A stretch of DNA of 64,000 nucleotides from Bacteroidia bacterium (GTDB lineage: Bacteria; Bacteroidota; Bacteroidia; UKL13-3). Positions 58,529-64,000 of this stretch are shown piece by piece (position 1 is the stretch's first letter; each line of letters starts with the position of its first letter). The stretch lies in the NCBI GenBank assembly GCA_021740845.1, contig JAIOYZ010000019.1, positions 8,828-72,827 on the forward strand, read 5' to 3'. The notes beneath the pieces are model-generated. The model did no database searches. It was not told the DNA's origin and saw nothing but the letters and a program-made list of their open reading frames with translations. The position numbers and the translations under genes were made by a program.

Positions 58529-59797
58529 TTATTGTAAATCCGTATTCAGTTTGTAGCGGCAAATTCTGTTGTTTCCTTTATCGCATACAAAAACGGTTCT
58601 ATTATAATAGCATACTCCGCTTGGATCTACCAGATTAAAAGGACCGCTGCTACTACCATCTGCACCATTGCCACCAAAAGAAACCACAATTTGTTTTTTT
58701 ACTTTGCTATTAGCTGGCGGATTAACACCTTCAAAACCTGCATTGCTAAAAATATAAAGAGAATCTGATTCGCTATCAGTTACAAAAATATACCCACTAG
58801 CATCTGGGGCTACATAAATATCTTCTGGCTTTTTGAACCTATAACTCTCATACATAAAGCGGTCTGCTTTGGTAACATCAAAGTTTAGGAAAGCTGTGTT
58901 TTCTCCAAAAATTGTTCCTTGGTCTGGGTCTTCAGTAGAAACAATGCTCAATGTGCGGTATTCTAAATTGGTATTTTGATCTGATAAAGTAATAAAGAAA
59001 TTTCTTGAGGTGCTTATACCTGAAAGTCGTTGAGGCGGACCCGCATAAGTTGCCAAGCCACTAATACCCACAGAAGATTTTATACTCGATTGATTTGGAT
59101 TTAAGTTGGTTGTAAACCCAATGTTTACGCCCTCTGCATTGAAAACCAAAACGCCGTTATCTGGTCTTGCAATACCAGTTTGGTCGTTTCTTGGTCCGCT
59201 TCTGGCAACGTATAAAGTATTATCCCATAAAGTAGCTAAACCTGTAAACTTCACTGCCACATCATCTGCACCACGGAATGAAGTATTGTTTCTACTTTCG
59301 TCGCAACCAAAATGTTTAAGTGTATCTAAGAAAACTGGCAACCCAGATTCTAAACCTTTGATATGAAAAATTGCAGCCAAATTGGTGGTTTTAGCTTCAT
59401 CTGCATAATACCTTCCTGCTACGTAAGAATGTAAGCGTCGGTCTTGAGTAAAGTCTGTAGCACCCGGAATATTTAGGCGGAAAACTAAACTAATTTTTTG
59501 ATCAAAAATTAAAAGTTCGTTATCATCTATATTGTTTTCATCGTTGTCTACCACTACATAAATCAAATCATCGTAACCCACAAACACATCTAGAGGATTG
59601 CGCACATTGGCGATAAATGGATATAAAGGCACATAACTAACATTATTAGGAACAAGGTTTGGATCAATACTACCTTGCTTAAAAACATCGTCTACAGTGT
59701 CGTTCTTCTTGCCGCCAAAAAGAGTGCAGGCCTGAACCAAAAGCAACATGGAAGCAAAGGCAAGAAGAATGGTAAGTCTATTTTTTATCTGACGCAT
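58529..59797 (-). CDS. Hypothetical lipoprotein with NHL/beta-propeller-like segments
   Basis: Lipobox VQAC; P.DVFVGYD..IYV, PED..V..D, FV.D, PSGV......FVCDKGNNRI. Confidence 0.7.
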   Translation of the reverse strand: MRQIKNRLTILLAFASMLLLVQACTLFGGKKNDTVDDVFKQGSIDPNLVPNNVSYVPLYPFIANVRNPLDVFVGYDDLIYVVVDNDENNIDDNELLIFDQKISLVFRLNIPGATDFTQDRRLHSYVAGRYYADEAKTTNLAAIFHIKGLESGLPVFLDTLKHFGCDESRNNTSFRGADDVAVKFTGLATLWDNTLYVARSGPRNDQTGIARPDNGVLVFNAEGVNIGFTTNLNPNQSSIKSSVGISGLATYAGPPQRLSGISTSRNFFITLSDQNTNLEYRTLSIVSTEDPDQGTIFGENTAFLNFDVTKADRFMYESYRFKKPEDIYVAPDASGYIFVTDSESDSLYIFSNAGFEGVNPPANSKVKKQIVVSFGGNGADGSSSGPFNLVDPSGVCYYNRTVFVCDKGNNRICRYKLNTDLQ

Positions 59798-60786
59798 ATC
59801 GACAAAGTTAAACGGTGAATATTGCCCAAGCGAGATTTATTGCTAAAGCCATAATCGAAGCGGAAAGCACCAAATCTTCTTTGCAAACGCATTCCAAAGC
59901 CAGCAGTTGGGAAACGATAATTTTCGTCGGAGCCAAACTCATAGCCTGTTCTGGCAAATAAGATATTTTTATACCCATATTCGGCACCAGTTGCAAAGCT
60001 TTCGTTGTTATCGGTTGGGTGGTTTAATTGAGCACTCAAGGTAAGTACATTTAGTTTGGTATGAATGGGATCCAATGCACCGCCAATTCTAAACACACTT
60101 GGAACAGAAACTTCAGAGAAATTAGTTACTTGTTGTTCGCCATTTAGTTTTAGAATACTCACAGTTCCATCAGGAGCTACGTTTAAACCAAAATTGCTAA
60201 ACACCACACCAAACTTGCTATTCATTAAGCCAATATTATAAGTAAGTCCTAAATCAAACAACACATTGTTAACCCGCACATCGGCAATTCCCTCGTGGGC
60301 CCATTTTCCGTTGACACCAAAGCTAAAGTTATCTGTTAATACCTGGGCATAGGAAAGTCCAACTAAAACATTGCTGGTATTTACATTTCTGCCAGTTCCG
60401 TAAGGTTGCCATTCTGTGGTTTCTTCCATCTCGCCATAATTGAGCGATTGAACGGTTAACCCCACATAACTATGCTGACGAACTTTTGCCACGGCACCAA
60501 AAAAGTTGGCTGAAGAATTGGCGTAATAACGAGTATGGGATAATTGAAAATTAACTTTTCCGGTATCTACTTTGGTTATGCCAGCAGGATTCCAAAACAA
60601 GGCCGAAACATCGTTGGTAATTCCAACAACGGCACCCGCCATAGAAGTGGAGCGCGCATCGTGAGGGATTTTAAGAAACTGCATACCGCTACCACCCGTG
60701 CGCGAATTACCAAAAGTTGGTAGGATTTGCGCCTGCAATTGCGTTGAGAAACAGAGTACTAGAATAATTATCCGTGTTTGCCACAT
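59785..60786 (-). CDS. PorV/PorQ (UPF0164)-family outer-membrane protein
   Basis: FLKI...ARS..M, ALFWNPAG, GAEY......RTGY, FDY, LG.IHR; ATG 60786 preferred. Confidence 0.8.
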   Translation of the reverse strand: MWQTRIIILVLCFSTQLQAQILPTFGNSRTGGSGMQFLKIPHDARSTSMAGAVVGITNDVSALFWNPAGITKVDTGKVNFQLSHTRYYANSSANFFGAVAKVRQHSYVGLTVQSLNYGEMEETTEWQPYGTGRNVNTSNVLVGLSYAQVLTDNFSFGVNGKWAHEGIADVRVNNVLFDLGLTYNIGLMNSKFGVVFSNFGLNVAPDGTVSILKLNGEQQVTNFSEVSVPSVFRIGGALDPIHTKLNVLTLSAQLNHPTDNNESFATGAEYGYKNILFARTGYEFGSDENYRFPTAGFGMRLQRRFGAFRFDYGFSNKSRLGNIHRLTLSICVR

Positions 60787-60848
60787 AGGCTGGCAAGTTA
60801 CTAGTTTCTGTTTGAAAAAAAAGTCCATCCCCATAATTTAACCTTTGC

Positions 60849-61883
60849 TTAAAAAGCCTTCCAACCTTGGGCTTGCAAAGGGTGTTTGTTTCCACCTTTG
60901 CTCATCATGTGCATGCCTTCATTTTTTTCATTCATAAACCCAATAATGCTAAAATCTGGGTGGTGTTCTAATTTCTGAAAATCCTCTTGCTTTATTGTAA
61001 ACAACAATTCGTAATCTTCTCCCCCACTTAAAGCACACATGGTTGGGTCTAAATCCAATTCTCTTGCAAAATTATAAGTACTTGGGTCGATAGGAATTTT
61101 TTCTTCGTAAAGAGTAACACCCAAATCAGAAGCTTTGGCTAAGTGGAAACACTCACTAGCCAAACCATCGCTCACGTCTATCATGCTAGTTGGGTGAATA
61201 TCGAGGGTGTTTAAAATATCAATAATATCTTTTCTAGCTTCTGGTTTCAGTTGTCTTTCAATAATATAATCGTAACCACCTAAATCGGGTTGTGCTTGGG
61301 GGTTGTCTAAGAAAACACGTTTTTCGCGTTCTAATAATTGGTAACCGCAATAGGCACCACCCAAATCGCCACTAACCACAAGCAATTCATTTGCCTTAGC
61401 ACCACTTCTGTAGGCGATATCTTTTTCTAAAACTTCGCCAATGGCAGTTACAGAAATCATCAAACCTTGCTTAGAGGTACTGGTATCGCCACCAATTAAA
61501 TCTACTTGGTATCGCTCGCAAGCCAAAGAAATTCCTTGGTATAATTCTTCAATTGCCTCCAAAGAAAATCTACTTGATAAAGCTAAGGAAACTGTAATTT
61601 GTTTGGGCTTGGCGTTCATGGCAAAAATATCGCTTAGGTTAACCACTACGGCTTTGTAACCCAAATGCTTCATTGGAAAATAGCTCAAATCAAAATGAAC
61701 GCCTTCTACTAATAAATCGGTAGAAACCACAGTTTTGGTACCTTCGGTTGGAGTAATAACAGCAGCATCATCGCCCACCCCTTTATCTGTATTATTTTTA
61801 AGACTAAAGTTTTTAGTAAGATGATCAATTAAACCAAACTCTCCCAAACTGCTTATTTCCGTTCTTTGTGCATTTTCAAACAT
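60849..61883 (-). CDS. thiL: Thiamine-monophosphate kinase
   Basis: GEFGLI, GDDAAV, D.LVEGVHF, NLSD..AM, GGDT, IDVSDGL, GGEDYELLFT. Confidence 0.96.
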   Translation of the reverse strand: MFENAQRTEISSLGEFGLIDHLTKNFSLKNNTDKGVGDDAAVITPTEGTKTVVSTDLLVEGVHFDLSYFPMKHLGYKAVVVNLSDIFAMNAKPKQITVSLALSSRFSLEAIEELYQGISLACERYQVDLIGGDTSTSKQGLMISVTAIGEVLEKDIAYRSGAKANELLVVSGDLGGAYCGYQLLEREKRVFLDNPQAQPDLGGYDYIIERQLKPEARKDIIDILNTLDIHPTSMIDVSDGLASECFHLAKASDLGVTLYEEKIPIDPSTYNFARELDLDPTMCALSGGEDYELLFTIKQEDFQKLEHHPDFSIIGFMNEKNEGMHMMSKGGNKHPLQAQGWKAF

Positions 61884-62037
61884 TCGGCAAAATTAACCCA
61901 AATAACAAAGAAGACAAGTTTCTTTAATTGGGTAGATTTTTCTTAGTTCGGGCATTTTGGGTCCAAGGAAGGATTTCCTTGAGTGATATTTCCTACTTGA
62001 AATGGAAACCTTGAAACTCATTGGAATATTTTCTATT

Positions 62038-62137
62038 AAACACAAAGCTCACAAAGATTTTCACAAAGTGCACTAAGATATAAATTTTAATACCTTCCTT
62101 TTGTGTACTTTGTGATTTCTTTGTGACCTTAGTGTTA
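62038..62137. repeat. Inverted array of CACAAAG units (4 forward, 4 reverse), REP-like hairpin
   Basis: CACAAAG at 62041, 62050, 62062, CACTAAG at 62071; TTTGTG at 62100, CTTTGTG at 62108 and 62119, CTTAGTG at 62128. Confidence 0.8.
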
Positions 62138-62190
62138 AAAAATGCTAAACCATTCGAAGCAAAAAATTCAATTTATAAAAAGTCTAACCA

Positions 62191-62347
62191 CTACAAATTG
62201 ATATGGCGACAAATCCTAATTATTATGAAAAGCGGATCCACACTCAACCACCTCCCCAACCTGGCATCATAAATTCTAGCGCCAAAATCTAAATCATTTC
62301 CAGCACCATTTATTTCATCCAATTTTCTCTTTCCTATTAAACCCGAA
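62191..62347 (-). pseudogene. Frameshifted RHS repeat-associated core fragment
   Basis: FGFN.KEK / frameshift / LDEINGAGNDLDFGARIYDARLGRWLSVDPL / frameshift / LSPYQF. Confidence 0.8.
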
Positions 62348-62580
62348 GATGTAGGTGATTGTATCGGATTTTAGAGGTAGTTTTTTGCCCTTAGTGCATT
62401 TATTTGATAATGCACCAAAATAGCTGTAAGACTTGTTATGTATGCAAGTGCGAATGTTTTGCATTAATAAAACAATTGAATTATTACCTATTCGTATTGA
62501 TAAAGCAAAATAGGTAATAAAATCATCAAAGTAGGAAGATTTTAACCTTTAGCAAATATTTATAACATGTACATCAGATC

Positions 62581-62842
62581 TTTTTTGGTTCAAACCGAAA
62601 TTTGGTTTGGATGATTGTGGAATGGCTTATTTAAATTAAAACCTAGCTTTTAATCTTTATCCTGGAGCTTAAGCTCCAAAAATAGTCGGACGTAGACAAA
62701 GTCTACGCCCAGCGGGGATATTAATTTTGTGCTCATAAGGAGTGATTTTTGGTTCAAACCGAAATTTAATTGGATGAGTTTGGAAAGGCTTATTTAAATT
62801 AAAACCTGGTTTGCAATTTTTACCCAGGGGGTTAGATCCTTT
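62581..62842 (+). repeat. Two diverged ~95-bp direct repeats (164-bp period), each starting with TTTTGGTTCAAACCGAAATTT
   Basis: Copies at about 62582-62678 and 62746-62842 share TTTTTGGTTCAAACCGAAATTT, TTGGATGA and GGCTTATTTAAATTAAAACCT. Confidence 0.8.
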
Positions 62843-62980
62843 TTTGGCTGGATGTAATAATAAACTACACCAGCGAAAAACATACATGACTAAATTTTTT
62901 GAAACAGGATTTGCATTCCCATAGTAAAATATAGTTTTAAAGATAAATCATCCCCATCACCTAACTAGATTTTGAACCTT

Positions 62981-64000
62981 TTATTCCCTGCAAACTTTTA
63001 AGGTGCTAAGTTGGTTTTGGGCATTTCTAATGTGGAGGATATAAATACCTGTGCTTAGTGATTGAGTATTTAGCTCACTGCTGCCACTTAGTGCTTCTCC
63101 TTTCATTTGTAATTGGCCGAAGGTATTGTAGAGCTCATAGCTAAAATAATTATTGCTATTGGAGCTTAAAGTAAAGCCTGAACCAAATGGAATAGGGTAT
63201 GCTGTATAAGTTATCTGCTCTTCGCCAAGTTGGGGCTGGTGCAATTGGATTTGAATAGTGGTGGAATAACTAAAGGAGCCATCCTTGTCAACCTGACGAA
63301 GACGATAATACACAAAATCTGTGATGGGTTTTTCTATTCCACTATGGTTGTCCGTAAAGGAATACCTGCTTATACTATTAGAATTTCCAGCGGCTTTTAC
63401 CTTACCTGCATGTTCCCATTCTGCACCTTCATAGGAGCGTTCAACTTCAAACCAAGCAGAGTTTATTTCGGAGGCCGTTTGCCAGTCAAGTTTAATTTGA
63501 TTGCCTTGCTTTTCACCTTCAAAATTTAACCAGGTTACTGGAAGTGTAGCAGTACTAGTATTATAGGCGCCGGTTGTTAAAAAACGGGTAGCATTTGCCC
63601 AACCATTTACTTCCATAATTTTTATCTGGTAAGTAGTAAACGGACTTAGTCCGCTAATGGTTATAACATTTGTATCACCCACATAAACTATTTTGGATCC
63701 ATCTGCCAAGGCTGGAGAAGTGCTGAAATTTTGGGTTGCAGCATAATAAGTATAATTCACAGGATTGCTGGTAATAGCCGCTGTGCCCTGCTTGAGTAAA
63801 ATTATTCTTCCGGTTCCATTGCCGGGTGTTTGAATAGTTAGCCGAAACGAATTGGCATACAAATGCGAAACTGTGGCTGAGGAAGTTTGAACCGAAGGGG
63901 CTTGTATGTTATAAGTATTGCGGGAAACTAGCAAACGCGCCGACATAATGGTGGAAATTGGTGTGTGCTTAACTCCAACTAAGTCTGGTCTTCCATCCTT
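62981..64000 (-). CDS. T9SS type A sorted protein (FG-GAP and Fn3-like regions), 5' end outside the window
   Basis: Frame is open to the window edge (KDGRPDLV); LPVTWLNF...W.TASE.NS..F.VERS...YYRLRQVD.DG; AYP.PF...GIYIL.I. Confidence 0.85.
   Translation of the reverse strand, partial: KDGRPDLVGVKHTPISTIMSARLLVSRNTYNIQAPSVQTSSATVSHLYANSFRLTIQTPGNGTGRIILLKQGTAAITSNPVNYTYYAATQNFSTSPALADGSKIVYVGDTNVITISGLSPFTTYQIKIMEVNGWANATRFLTTGAYNTSTATLPVTWLNFEGEKQGNQIKLDWQTASEINSAWFEVERSYEGAEWEHAGKVKAAGNSNSISRYSFTDNHSGIEKPITDFVYYRLRQVDKDGSFSYSTTIQIQLHQPQLGEEQITYTAYPIPFGSGFTLSSNSNNYFSYELYNTFGQLQMKGEALSGSSELNTQSLSTGIYILHIRNAQNQLSTLKVCRE

Larger units (their letters stand above)
68..62763. repeat. Dispersed short repeat family, consensus TTTTGGTTCAAACCGAA (span of first to last copy)
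   Basis: 27 exact GGTTCAAACC/GGTTTGAACC cores counted by eye, plus near-matches; positions are listed in the findings. Confidence 0.92.

Noticed and set aside
68-62763. Dispersed motif as Chi/KOPS-like polar site or ordinary transcription-factor operator
   Set aside because: Orientation is balanced (14 versus 13) within 64 kb and most copies are inside unrelated genes. Not formally excluded without the whole genome.
62669-62887. 72-aa ORF
   Set aside because: Runs across a non-coding repeat; no recognisable protein features.

Overview
AT-rich chromosomal window from a Bacteroidota bacterium (TAnnTTTG promoter elements, several T9SS C-terminal sorting domains, a PorV-family gene). It is mostly housekeeping and envelope genes: purL, fused 2-oxoacid dehydrogenase E1, trmB, S41 protease, murQ, rluD, asnS, split metH under a SAM-I riboswitch, a cobalamin-riboswitch-controlled B12 uptake operon, DEAD-box helicase, purK, bshA and thiL. 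No rRNA, tRNA, CRISPR array, transposase or integrase was seen. The strongest unexplained signal is an oriented quasi-palindrome, (TTTT)GGTTCAAACC(GAA). I counted 27 exact copies of its 10-bp core by eye, on both strands, two thirds of them inside genes and in five different reading frames, which resembles a DNA-uptake or chromosome-organising sequence. Other candidates are paralogous ECF sigma/anti-sigma pairs (one partner ends in a T9SS sorting domain), 7-bp-periodic inverted repeat tracts around the metH N-terminal gene and an inserted four-helix-bundle gene, palindromic repeats around two AAA_14/DUF4143 ATPase genes, and an ACP-like protein lacking the canonical serine. All family calls come from motif recognition by eye; no database search was run.
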